A DNA stretch of 64,000 nucleotides from a virus: the IMG/VR virus record IMGVR_UViG_3300028178_000001, positions 28,108-92,107 of that record; one strand, written 5' to 3'. The notes under the pieces are model-generated. The model had not been told where the DNA came from and did no database searches. It worked only from the letters and a program-made list of their open reading frames with translations. Position numbers and translations under genes: made by a program. Shown here one piece after another: positions 18,968 through 28,209 of the stretch (position 1 is its first letter; every line of letters starts with the position of its first letter).

Positions 18968-20551
18968 ATGGAGTTTGTAGTAATTGATTTATTTAGCGGA
19001 GCGGGAGGAGTGACAACGGGGATTGAACAAGCAGTAGTTGATGGGATGAAAATAGCGACGGTTATTTGTGCAATTAACCATGACCGGCTTGCAATTGAGA
19101 GCCATTGGAGAAACCATCCGCACGTAAAACATTTTGTTGAAGACATTAGAACGTTTGATGTGAAGAGATTACCGGAAGTCCCGTCAGATCAATTCACAAA
19201 GAAATTTCTTTGGGCAAGTTTGGAATGTACAAATCATAGCAACGCGAAAGGAGGATTGAGCAGAGACGCAGACAGCAGGACACTTGCAGAACATCTTCCT
19301 CCGTACATTGTAGAATTTGATCCGGAATATATCGGGATTGAAAATGTAAGAGAGTTTAAGGATTGGGGACCACTGGTACAGAAGAAAAATGGCAAAGGCG
19401 AACTGATGTTTGATAAGAAGGGAAAACCTTACATGATACCGGATAAGGAGAAGAAGGGAATTGATTTTGAGAAGTGGTTAAGATCAATTTGTGAACTTGG
19501 TTATCACTATGAAATGAAAATGTTAAATGCTGCTGATTTTGGAGCGAACACTTCCAGAAAAAGATTGTTCATATTATTTGCAAAGGAAGGAATGCCGATT
19601 GTTTGGCCGGAACCAACACATGATAAGAACGGGAAGAATGGTTTGCCAAAATGGAGACCGGTAAAAGAGTGTTTGGATTTTTCGGATAAGGGAGAAAATA
19701 TTTTTGGGAGGAAAAAAGATTTGTGTGAGAACACGTATAGAAGAATATACGCAGGACTATTAAAGTTTATTGCCAACGGGGATGAATCATTTATAACAAA
19801 GTATTTTGGGAATAACGAACACACCGGAATTAATAACGGAAAGAGTGTAAACGAACCGAGCTTAACGGTAACAAAGCAAAACGCAGGCAACGGCATCGAT
19901 GAGCCTTGCTCAACAATTTTAGTTCGTTCCGGGTTAGGGCTTGTTTCGGTAGATCATTTTATTGATATGCAGCATGGCAGTGGTAAACAGAACGAATCTG
20001 TTAATAAACCATGCGGCGCAATATTGCCGGTTGTTAAAAAGAATCTTGTAACGGTTGAAAGGTTTATTGATCAGCAGTTTGGAGCGAGTGAACCGATTTC
20101 GGTTGATGATGCTTGCAACACTTTAACGGCGAATCCGAAGTTTAATTTGGTATCGGCTTTTTTAATGAACCGGCAGTATAACAATGTAGGGGGAGATATT
20201 GAGAAACCTTGTTTTACTTTAATTGCCAACATGAATAAAAGACCTGGTTATTTAATACAAGTTGAAACGGGAGAGCTTGCGATTAAAGTTGAGGAGGCAG
20301 ACACAGAGGACATGAAGAAAATAAAAATGTTTATGGCAGCATACGGGATAATTGCTATTTACATGAGAATGTTGAGAATTCCCGAGCTGAAAAGAATTAC
20401 CGGTTTTGATGAAGATTATATTCTTGAAGGAACGCAGGCAGATCAAAAGAAGTACATAGGGAACGCGGTGCCTTCGGTATTGCCTAAATCAATTTTTGAG
20501 GCATTGTATAGAGCAAATACTACTTATGAAGATATTAGGATAGCCGTTTGA
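18968..20551 (+). CDS. DNA (cytosine-5) methyltransferase
   Basis: DLFSGAGG, SLECTNHS (catalytic Cys), ENV, R.RLF, IGNAV; internal S(I/V)xEPCxTI repeats. Confidence 0.9.
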   Translation: MEFVVIDLFSGAGGVTTGIEQAVVDGMKIATVICAINHDRLAIESHWRNHPHVKHFVEDIRTFDVKRLPEVPSDQFTKKFLWASLECTNHSNAKGGLSRDADSRTLAEHLPPYIVEFDPEYIGIENVREFKDWGPLVQKKNGKGELMFDKKGKPYMIPDKEKKGIDFEKWLRSICELGYHYEMKMLNAADFGANTSRKRLFILFAKEGMPIVWPEPTHDKNGKNGLPKWRPVKECLDFSDKGENIFGRKKDLCENTYRRIYAGLLKFIANGDESFITKYFGNNEHTGINNGKSVNEPSLTVTKQNAGNGIDEPCSTILVRSGLGLVSVDHFIDMQHGSGKQNESVNKPCGAILPVVKKNLVTVERFIDQQFGASEPISVDDACNTLTANPKFNLVSAFLMNRQYNNVGGDIEKPCFTLIANMNKRPGYLIQVETGELAIKVEEADTEDMKKIKMFMAAYGIIAIYMRMLRIPELKRITGFDEDYILEGTQADQKKYIGNAVPSVLPKSIFEALYRANTTYEDIRIAV

Positions 20552-20593
20552 TAATTAAATTATTTATAAATGTTAATACATAAAATAAAATAT

Positions 20594-20737
20594 ATGTTAA
20601 GTTTGAAACTGAAATATAAAATTAAATACTACTACACAAAGTTTTGCCATTTGTTTGGCTTCTGCCCGAAGTGTTTTACAAATGTTAATTATACGCAAAG
20701 CGGAAAAGCTATTTGTCCGCGAGGATGCAAGTATTGA
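20594..20737 (+). CDS. small zinc-finger protein (47 aa, not in ORF track)
   Basis: MLSLKLKYKIKYYYTKFCHLFGFCPKC...ICPRGCKY. Confidence 0.5.
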   Translation: MLSLKLKYKIKYYYTKFCHLFGFCPKCFTNVNYTQSGKAICPRGCKY

Positions 20738-22566
20738 GAAACATAATATTACAAGGAAATGTACTTGAAAGGTTGAAAGATATGGAAACCGGAAGTGTAC
20801 ACTGCATGATAACTTCGCCACCTTATTACGGAGTTAGAAATTACGGAACAGAGCCGCAGATATGGAAACCGGAAGGATACACTGCATGCGGCGAACATGA
20901 ATTTTATGAAGGGAAAAAGAAACATAATTTAGGCGGATGCAGCAGCAAAAGCACATTGAGAGACATACCCGGACAAAAGGCAAAAGAGAATTGGGCAAAG
21001 GGAGCAAGTTGCGAGCATGAATTTGATACATGTACAATAATAAAAGATAAAGCTCAAAAAGATTTTTCAAAAAGTGGATTGAAGAATGACGGCAGACCGG
21101 AAGAAAAGAGAATAGCCACAAATGAAAAGTCTAAATATAATCTTCAACTAGCAACAAAAGTTTTAAGCGGTTTTTGTATTAAGTGCGGCGCATGGAAAGG
21201 GGAACTTGGACTTGAACCAACGCCGGAGCTTTACATAGAACATGTTGTACAAATCTTCCGTGAGATAAAAAGAGTATTGCGAAAGGACGGAACGGCTTGG
21301 CTTAACCTTGGAGATAGTTATTGGGGAAGTTGGGGAAATTACGGCGGGCAAAACCGGGGGAACGGAAAGCAGAGAGAAATTATTAACGGCAGTCAAGCGC
21401 CAAACCCCGCGTACGATGGATTAGAAGATTTTATACCACCGACAGCCACTAAACATAATTATTTAAAACCAAAAGATTTAATAGGCATACCGTGGAGAGT
21501 TGCAATAGCTTTGCAGCGAGACGGCTGGTGGTTAAGGAGCGATATAATTTGGAGCAAAAAGAACCCGATGCCCGAGAGTGTAACGGATAGACCAACCAAA
21601 GCGCATGAGTACATATTTTTACTAACGAAAAGTCAAAAGTATTATTATGATGCAGAAGCCATAAGAGAAGAAGCGGTACGATCAGGCGATACACAGATAT
21701 TTGGCGGACAAAAAGCATTGAATAACATTATTGGAGAGAATGACCCACGGTTTAGAAACGGGCATGAACAATGGGGAAGAACACACACACAATTATCGGG
21801 AAGGAATAAGCGTTCGGTTTGGGAAGTGACCACAACGCCATTTGCAGAGGCGCACTTTGCGACATTTCCCCAAAAGCTGATTGGGCCTTGCATACTTGCC
21901 GGAACGAGTGAGCACGGTGTTTGTGCGGAGTGCGGGAAGCCGTATGAAAGGATTTTGGAGAAAGTTTCTAAAAGAGATTTCTTGAAAGATGCAGACAAAC
22001 AATATCGAAGCAGAGCAACCGAACATCAAATAATGCCGAAAGATCAACCGAACCGAGGTTCGGTTGATACGCCAAGAGCCGCAAGCGCAACAAAATATGA
22101 CACGGAAAATTCGACTGCCGGAAGGTTGCCAACCTTCCGGCAAGGGGAACGGATGTATAACACAAAATACGCTGATGAATCTCACGGGCAGCAGCTTAAT
22201 GCATTTATGAGGGAACAAACCATAGTAGCGGAAAGAGATGAGAGTAGAGTGGAAGCGGAAGCGTTATATCCGGGTGATATTCAGGCACAAAAAGCGTACA
22301 TAAATTACGTTCACGAGCACGGACAGTTAAGAAAAACCAAAACAATTGGATGGAAGAAAACTTGCAAGTGTGAAACGGAGAAAGTTAAACCGGCGATAGT
22401 GCTTGATCCTTTCTTTGGTGCCGGAACAACGGGCTTAGTTGCATTGAGGAGCGGAAGAAATTTTATAGGGATAGAGTTAAACGAAGAATACATAAAGATC
22501 GCAGAGAAAAGATTAGCACCGTTTATGCAAAACTTGTTCAATCAGCAAGAAGAGGAGGCAGCGTAA
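20725..22566 (+). CDS. DNA N6-adenine/N4-cytosine methyltransferase (beta class) with insertions
   Basis: TSPPY, LGLEPTP, LNLGDSY, IIWSK.NPMPES..DRPT..HEY, HFATFP, DPFFGAGTTG, GIELN. Confidence 0.9.
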   Translation: MQVLRNIILQGNVLERLKDMETGSVHCMITSPPYYGVRNYGTEPQIWKPEGYTACGEHEFYEGKKKHNLGGCSSKSTLRDIPGQKAKENWAKGASCEHEFDTCTIIKDKAQKDFSKSGLKNDGRPEEKRIATNEKSKYNLQLATKVLSGFCIKCGAWKGELGLEPTPELYIEHVVQIFREIKRVLRKDGTAWLNLGDSYWGSWGNYGGQNRGNGKQREIINGSQAPNPAYDGLEDFIPPTATKHNYLKPKDLIGIPWRVAIALQRDGWWLRSDIIWSKKNPMPESVTDRPTKAHEYIFLLTKSQKYYYDAEAIREEAVRSGDTQIFGGQKALNNIIGENDPRFRNGHEQWGRTHTQLSGRNKRSVWEVTTTPFAEAHFATFPQKLIGPCILAGTSEHGVCAECGKPYERILEKVSKRDFLKDADKQYRSRATEHQIMPKDQPNRGSVDTPRAASATKYDTENSTAGRLPTFRQGERMYNTKYADESHGQQLNAFMREQTIVAERDESRVEAEALYPGDIQAQKAYINYVHEHGQLRKTKTIGWKKTCKCETEKVKPAIVLDPFFGAGTTGLVALRSGRNFIGIELNEEYIKIAEKRLAPFMQNLFNQQEEEAA

Positions 22567-23018
22567 TGGGCAGATTTACGGGATGGACGGGAGCAGCAGT
22601 TGTAAAATTGGAAATTAGTAGAAATAGTGGAGGTAAACCGGGATTTGCTATTTCAAAAAAAGGGAAAAGAGATGATTTGGGAATTTATGTTCGTTCTACA
22701 TGGGAAGCTAATTATGCGAGATATTTGAATTGGTTGGTTAAGCTGAAAGAGATAATAAGTTGGAAATATGAAAAGAAAACATTCGAGTTCCCCGTAAAAA
22801 AGGGAACTCGGTTTTATACTCCAGATTTCGAAGTGCTTACTAAAAACAACCAAATAGAATATCATGAAGTTAAAGGTTACATGACACAAAAGGGACAAAC
22901 AGCATTAAACAGGATGAGTAAATATTATCCGCAAATCAAAATAATAATGGTGCAAAAGAAGGAATATGAAGCGATAGCCAAAATAAAAAATCTTATTGAT
23001 GGTTGGGAGAGAGGCTGA
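22566..23018 (+). CDS. PD-(D/E)XK nuclease
   Basis: RS.WEA.YA..L..W.YE..F..YTPDF..YHEVKG. Confidence 0.78.
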   Translation: MGRFTGWTGAAVVKLEISRNSGGKPGFAISKKGKRDDLGIYVRSTWEANYARYLNWLVKLKEIISWKYEKKTFEFPVKKGTRFYTPDFEVLTKNNQIEYHEVKGYMTQKGQTALNRMSKYYPQIKIIMVQKKEYEAIAKIKNLIDGWERG

Positions 23019-23363
23019 TTGAAAAGCGATAGTGATAGCGATGTCTTGTTTTATCGGATAAAGAATGTTGCTTTGCAAAATCCGCAGCGGGATGAAGAGT
23101 TTAAGGATTTAGTGAGAGAGCAAATACCGGGAAGTGAATTCCATCATGTGTTTACAAGTACGGTAGGGCTAAAGAGCACGGATTTATTGGGTGTAGCGGT
23201 AAGGACGGAAGATCATAACGAAAACCAAACGAACCGTGATTGGCTGATTGAGAAGATACCGGGAGCAATAAGGAATTTAATTTTATATGTGATCAAACTG
23301 AAGAAGGAAATTATTCAATTAAGAAAGGAGCTGAGTGATGAGCGTAAAAAATCCATTGGGTGA
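23019..23363 (+). CDS. hypothetical protein (possible degenerate nuclease, HH motif)
   Basis: EFHHVF...EDH; TTG start. Confidence 0.5.
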   Translation: MKSDSDSDVLFYRIKNVALQNPQRDEEFKDLVREQIPGSEFHHVFTSTVGLKSTDLLGVAVRTEDHNENQTNRDWLIEKIPGAIRNLILYVIKLKKEIIQLRKELSDERKKSIG

Positions 23364-23586
23364 AATAATAAGTGATGAGCAATTTGAACAATTAATGAAC
23401 GAGGGGTTGTTAAACCCTATGCGCGTAAGGGATAGAACGATAAAGGCAAGGTATGACGAAATGAGGATAGGTAAACCGTTGTCCTCCGATAAGTGCATTG
23501 AGAAAATCCGGGATGAGGAATATCCTTATCTAACTTTTGAAACAATTAGAAAGATAGTGATGTGCAGATGGAAAAAGAGAAATTAA
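23335..23586 (+). CDS. small helical hypothetical protein, possibly host-derived
   Basis: NPL.EIIS...L...GLL....VRD..I..RY..EEYPYL.FETIRKIV; AAGGAG upstream. Confidence 0.65.
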   Translation: MMSVKNPLGEIISDEQFEQLMNEGLLNPMRVRDRTIKARYDEMRIGKPLSSDKCIEKIRDEEYPYLTFETIRKIVMCRWKKRN

Positions 23587-24053
23587 AAAATATAGATCCG
23601 GAAATGATTTTAGAGGAAGCCATAGAGATAGCTGAAGGGCTAGCTTGCGGTTATAGCAATGAAAGCGGGGACGCTATGAGCACTTACCTTAGTGTGCTGG
23701 TTACTTATCTAGCACGTTTGCCGAAGATGGAAGCAGATGCAGAATACTTAATGAATTACGCGAAAGGGGATAAGGCAGACAAGGAGGCAAGCAAAGCGAA
23801 GAAAGATCAGATAAGCGCAACGCTGTTTAAGGAAGTGATGGGAGGAGAGGTTTCAACATTTACGCGGATATACAGTTTCGTGCATAGGTTAAACTCAAAC
23901 ATAATTGAGATACAAAAATCTGTAATAACGCAGTTGAGTTATCTAAAGTCAACGATGCCAAAAAACATAAACGAAGGTGAACTGGTGAAGAAGATTGAGA
24001 GCTTAACGCGGGAAGTTTCGGCACTAAAGAAGTGGAAAGAAGAAGTGCTTTAA
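23568..24053 (+). CDS. hypothetical helical protein
   Basis: Operonic ORF, coiled-coil C-terminus. Confidence 0.6.
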   Translation: MEKEKLKNIDPEMILEEAIEIAEGLACGYSNESGDAMSTYLSVLVTYLARLPKMEADAEYLMNYAKGDKADKEASKAKKDQISATLFKEVMGGEVSTFTRIYSFVHRLNSNIIEIQKSVITQLSYLKSTMPKNINEGELVKKIESLTREVSALKKWKEEVL

Positions 24054-24054
24054 T

Positions 24055-24103
24055 AATTAGGAATTAGGAATTAGGAATTAGGAATTAGGAATTAGGAATT
24101 AGG
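24055..24103 (+). repeat. AATTAGG heptamer tandem array (7 perfect units)
   Basis: Directly visible; ends in AGGAG, 10 nt before the ATG at 24116. Confidence 0.92.
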
Positions 24104-24115
24104 AGAAAAAATAAA

Positions 24116-24334
24116 ATGTGTGTAACAGTTTATAAAGGGAAGGAAGTAATTGGGACGGTAGGGGAGTTGAAAAAGGGATTCCCGGGTGTACCGTTAATTA
24201 TTTATAAAGAATATAGTGAGGTTAAGGACGAACAATGTTTGTGCCCGATTGACTTGGACCAAATGTTTAAGGGCGCGGGGATAAGGTTTGAATATGATTA
24301 TGATTATTTCATCTTAAATGAAAGTGAACAATGA
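24116..24334 (+). CDS. hypothetical protein
   Basis: 72 aa, RBS provided by heptamer array. Confidence 0.6.
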   Translation: MCVTVYKGKEVIGTVGELKKGFPGVPLIIYKEYSEVKDEQCLCPIDLDQMFKGAGIRFEYDYDYFILNESEQ

Positions 24335-24519
24335 AAAAGAAAGATCAAGAACCGGTTTATTTGATGTTTGATGCAAAGAATAAGCTGTATGTAGCTTCGT
24401 TGGGGCATACGACCCAGGCGAAGTATGGAAGAAGGTTTACGGAAGCGGGAGTAAAGAAGTTTATGAAAAAGCATCCAGGAGATGAGAAAAAGCCGATAGC
24501 TGAAGACGTGGAGCAATAA
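24331..24519 (+). CDS. hypothetical protein
   Basis: 62 aa, ATGA-coupled. Confidence 0.55.
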   Translation: MKKKDQEPVYLMFDAKNKLYVASLGHTTQAKYGRRFTEAGVKKFMKKHPGDEKKPIAEDVEQ

Positions 24520-24521
24520 CC

Positions 24522-24824
24522 ATGAAAATAAACGGTGAAGATGTAAATGTTTTGGAGGAAGGGAAAGAACAATTAACGGATGAAACGGTAGCGAAGTTTT
24601 TTGTGATAAAGAAATTATTCCAGGAGAAGAGATTACCGCCGCACGACAGCAATTATGTGAAATATTTTCTCGAAATGTATAAGATCGGGTTTGATGTTGA
24701 GGAAATGGTTGAGTTCCGAAGTTTTTGTGAGGAGGATTTTGCTGATTGGAAGCGAACACAAATAGCTGAGGATTTTGCGCGGGGGGCTTCGTTTGTAAAT
24801 TTAAAAGAATTAGGGCTTGAGTAA
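24522..24824 (+). CDS. hypothetical protein
   Basis: 100 aa, GGAG upstream. Confidence 0.6.
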   Translation: MKINGEDVNVLEEGKEQLTDETVAKFFVIKKLFQEKRLPPHDSNYVKYFLEMYKIGFDVEEMVEFRSFCEEDFADWKRTQIAEDFARGASFVNLKELGLE

Positions 24825-24921
24825 TTCCGCCAGAGGCGGACACGTAGGGAGTAGGAATGAAAACAGAAAGCATAATTGAGCAGACTAAGAAATTCCGAAT
24901 AATATTTAACGGAATAAAAAG

Positions 24922-25227
24922 ATGAGAGAGTTTATTATTTGTGCGGCGATACATTTTAAGGACGGAGTGAAACGTGAACACCAGCCGAAGAATATTGAGA
25001 GCGGGATTGTAGTGACCGGGAGAAGGCATCATAATTGTTATTTCACCGTGTTTATGTTAAGTGGGGAAAGGTGGAACGCGGTTGAGCATGTTCAGGGGTT
25101 TTTAACTTCCTTGGATAGGTTTGTAACTAGGGCTGAAGGATACGAGATAGCAAAACGGGAAGGACAATTGTTTAGCGGGATGTTGCATGATGATAAACCG
25201 ATACTTATTAGTGAGGAGTTGTATTAA
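24922..25227 (+). CDS. conserved phage hypothetical protein
   Basis: ICAAIHF..G.RH.NC..QGFLTS..RFV.R.E...IA...GQ..L.SE.LY. Confidence 0.72.
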   Translation: MREFIICAAIHFKDGVKREHQPKNIESGIVVTGRRHHNCYFTVFMLSGERWNAVEHVQGFLTSLDRFVTRAEGYEIAKREGQLFSGMLHDDKPILISEELY

Positions 25228-25228
25228 A

Positions 25229-25747
25229 ATGAAGGATAAAATAACAACGCTTGAAATAGAGGCGAGATTAGCCGGGCATTTTAATTACCGGCAGAATTTA
25301 ATTGTACCAAATATTTCTTGGGGGATGAATATACATGAGTGTGATTTGTTGATAGTTACTAAAAGCGGATATGCGACTGAGGTTGAAATTAAAATAAGTA
25401 AGGGAGATCTGAAAAAAGATGCAGAGAAGAAGCATAACCACGAAGATAGATATAACAGGATAAGGCGATTGTATTTTGCAATCCCGGAAAGTTTGACGGA
25501 TTGTATAGAGTTTATCCCGGAACGAGCGGAGATAATAGTTCTAAGTAGGGGCAAGAATTATGGAGAGGATTATCTTTATTGTAGGGTGTTAAGGGAGGCC
25601 AGGGTTAATAATACTTGCAAAAAGTTTACTGATGAGGAACGATTTAATGTTGCAAGATTGGGAACAATGAGAATCTGGGGATTGAAAAGAAAGATAATTA
25701 CAGCGAGGAAGAAAGAAAAAGTTAAAATAGGAGATAGAACAACATGA
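25229..25747 (+). CDS. MmcB-like PD-(D/E)XK protein
   Basis: IVPN..W..HECDLL..TKSGY..EVEIKIS..D...D..K.H. Confidence 0.7.
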   Translation: MKDKITTLEIEARLAGHFNYRQNLIVPNISWGMNIHECDLLIVTKSGYATEVEIKISKGDLKKDAEKKHNHEDRYNRIRRLYFAIPESLTDCIEFIPERAEIIVLSRGKNYGEDYLYCRVLREARVNNTCKKFTDEERFNVARLGTMRIWGLKRKIITARKKEKVKIGDRTT

Positions 25748-26031
25748 ACAAAAAGATAAAAAGAGTTGAGGAACTAGGGGTTAATGGTTGTACGGAAGCG
25801 ATGCACAATAGGGCTATGGAGCTTAAGGCCGAATTAATTAAACGGCTTACTGAGTTGGAGAAAATTAAGAAAAAATCATTGTTGGGAAGGATACTCTGTC
25901 TATTTGGGCTACATTCTTATAGTGAGGAGTATGCCGGATTATTGAACAGGAAATGTAAACGTTGTAGTAAAATAACCCAAGGGAAGCAGGATACTTATGA
26001 TTTGAAAGGAATTAAGATTAAGAAGGGTTGA
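25744..26031 (+). CDS. hypothetical protein
   Basis: LC.FGLH..CKRC motif; ATGA-coupled. Confidence 0.55.
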   Translation: MNKKIKRVEELGVNGCTEAMHNRAMELKAELIKRLTELEKIKKKSLLGRILCLFGLHSYSEEYAGLLNRKCKRCSKITQGKQDTYDLKGIKIKKG

Positions 26032-26107
26032 ATAAGTTGAATATTCAACCCTAAAAATTAGAAATAAATAAGTAAATCGGATTGTTAATACATAGGAACT
26101 CTAAACC

Positions 26108-27925
26108 ATGAACATTTTTTTAGATAAAACCGGACAACCCCAAGCGCAAAATACGGAAAAGCATATTTTAAGCACAGAAGAAATGCTTGACGATATTTTG
26201 CAAGACGACCAGCTGCAGAAACAACTGAATGAGCAGAGTAAGGCGGGCGGGATTGTTTTACCTCTTGCTGAAGAAATGATTTCGACGTTACAAGAAATTG
26301 AAGGGCTTAATTTTGACTATGCAGGGCAACAAAAAATTATTAACTGGGAAAACCAGGACGTTCCATACCGTGTGTTAAGAAAGGCAGGAAATACGGAGGC
26401 GGGGAGACTTGTTAAGAACCATCGCCGGTTAGGTTTAACGCAGTATGGGCGGACACCAAAATCAGACGGGATACAACGAGGGGCAAAATTAGTTTTTAGT
26501 GATCCGGATTATTCCCCCACAAAAGAGGAAAAATTAAAGCTAAGGATTTGGGAGGATAAGATTTTTAAGAATTTCTTTTTCCCGGCAAACGACCGTTGGG
26601 CGAATTTTGCCAAGTTTATAGGAAATGCTTATGAAGATTGGTTTGACCTGGACGATATAACGGCTGAGATACGGAGGGACGGGCTTGGAGACCCACTAGC
26701 GGTACATTTACAAGATCCGATAATTTATAAGCCGGTATTAAAGAAAAGCAGAGTTTACCCAAATTGGAGAGGGGAGGAGGATTATCTAAACCCTTACATT
26801 GAAGATTGGGAAGCGATGGTAACGGGTAAGAGAGCTTTTATTGATGAAGACGAAGTGCCGCTTGAACCGGATTATGTTTTGCATTATAACAATATGCGGC
26901 TAGGAGCAACTACTGATTATCATGTAAGGAAATTCCACTTTTTTACCCGTAGTGATTTTAGATTTGCACAGCGCGGGTACGGGATAGTTGAACAATCCAT
27001 TTCAATTCTAACATACATAATTAATGCGTTAAAAATGAATGCCAGCAATTTTATGAATAATAAATTGCCGAAGGGGTTTGTATTATTCACCGGAGGCGGA
27101 ATTGGGGCAATGCAGCTTGAAAAATTGAAGAAGATAATGAGCGCATACATGGGAGGACTTGCTCCAAACCGTTTCCCGATTCTTGGACTGAATAGCGAAA
27201 AGGGAGATGGTAAATGGGTGGGAATAGGTGGGAACAGCCGCGAGATGGAATACCACCTTTGGATTACTCTTCTATTTTCGATCTTTTGCCGGTTGAGTGG
27301 AACAGATCCGCGGGAAGTGAGTTTAGGGGCTCATTCAGACGCGATAAGACCGCAAAGTATAGGGGAAAAGAGCGCGGACGGTGTTGTAAATGAGAATAAG
27401 GATATGGGGGAAAGAACATTTCTTATCCATCTAAAAGATTCACTGAATGCTACCGATAAATACGGTTTGAATTTATTCCAACAAATTACAAAGATGAGAG
27501 TTGAGCTGGATTTTGCCGGATTTGAGATTGAGGATAAGAAACTTAAGCAGGAGATTACAAAAGGATACTTACAGACAAGTAAATCAATAAACGATGTTTT
27601 AGCGGAAGAGGATAAGGAGAAATATACTTTAATGATTGATGAGGATACAAACCTCTTTGATATCCCGGCAGCTAATTGTGAAGTAGTTAAAAGTGTAATA
27701 CAATTTAAGCTAAATGCCTTTGCACAAAAGCAGGCCGCCGAACAGCAGCAAGCCGCCGAACAGCAGCAAGCCGCAATGGGTGGAGGGATGCCAGGACAGC
27801 CGGGAGCGGGACCAGGTGAGGAAGGTGATCAGAACGGGGAGGGATTAACTGAAGACGATAAAGCATTAATTGAAAAATATAAAGGAGCAAGTAATGTTGA
27901 GATTGATAAGGAATTAAAGCAATGA
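26108..27925 (+). CDS. portal protein
   Basis: 605 aa; D...EIRRD..G.P...H..D, GYG..E..I, N...F.N..PKG, MEY..W...L....C..DP.E; Q/G-rich C-tail; first gene of head module. Confidence 0.8.
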   Translation: MNIFLDKTGQPQAQNTEKHILSTEEMLDDILQDDQLQKQLNEQSKAGGIVLPLAEEMISTLQEIEGLNFDYAGQQKIINWENQDVPYRVLRKAGNTEAGRLVKNHRRLGLTQYGRTPKSDGIQRGAKLVFSDPDYSPTKEEKLKLRIWEDKIFKNFFFPANDRWANFAKFIGNAYEDWFDLDDITAEIRRDGLGDPLAVHLQDPIIYKPVLKKSRVYPNWRGEEDYLNPYIEDWEAMVTGKRAFIDEDEVPLEPDYVLHYNNMRLGATTDYHVRKFHFFTRSDFRFAQRGYGIVEQSISILTYIINALKMNASNFMNNKLPKGFVLFTGGGIGAMQLEKLKKIMSAYMGGLAPNRFPILGLNSEKGDGKWVGIGGNSREMEYHLWITLLFSIFCRLSGTDPREVSLGAHSDAIRPQSIGEKSADGVVNENKDMGERTFLIHLKDSLNATDKYGLNLFQQITKMRVELDFAGFEIEDKKLKQEITKGYLQTSKSINDVLAEEDKEKYTLMIDEDTNLFDIPAANCEVVKSVIQFKLNAFAQKQAAEQQQAAEQQQAAMGGGMPGQPGAGPGEEGDQNGEGLTEDDKALIEKYKGASNVEIDKELKQ

Positions 27926-28209
27926 TAAAAATTAAAATGTGGGGGCAGACAGTATTAGAAATAGAGGGGATTGAAACGAAAGGGACAGTAAACAATTTCC
28001 ACTACCGGGATTGTGTTTTCGGGCAGCCGATAATTGTAACGATGAAAAGCGAGGGGACAACAGCACAACGGGAGATAAAAAGAGAGACGATATCCGAAGA
28101 AAAGTATCTTGGTATGGTAAAGGACGTTGCGAACAAGACTGGATTTGACCCAAGTGAAGTTGAGTGGATTTTAAGAGAGGCTGAGGGTTATTTAGGAGGA
28201 GCATCATAA
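27922..28209 (+). CDS. hypothetical protein
   Basis: Coupled between portal and MuF-like gene. Confidence 0.55.
   Translation: MIKIKMWGQTVLEIEGIETKGTVNNFHYRDCVFGQPIIVTMKSEGTTAQREIKRETISEEKYLGMVKDVANKTGFDPSEVEWILREAEGYLGGAS

Noticed and set aside
19840-20230. Internal peptide repeats in the C5 methyltransferase
   Set aside because: Common feature of phage Dcm-like enzymes, not a separate element
24055-24103. Heptamer arrays as CRISPR or telomere repeats
   Set aside because: No spacers and no cas genes; internal location at gene junctions; TTAGG resemblance is likely coincidental
27734-27774. 18-bp tandem repeat in portal C-terminus
   Set aside because: Encodes low-complexity AAEQQQ; ordinary for disordered portal tails
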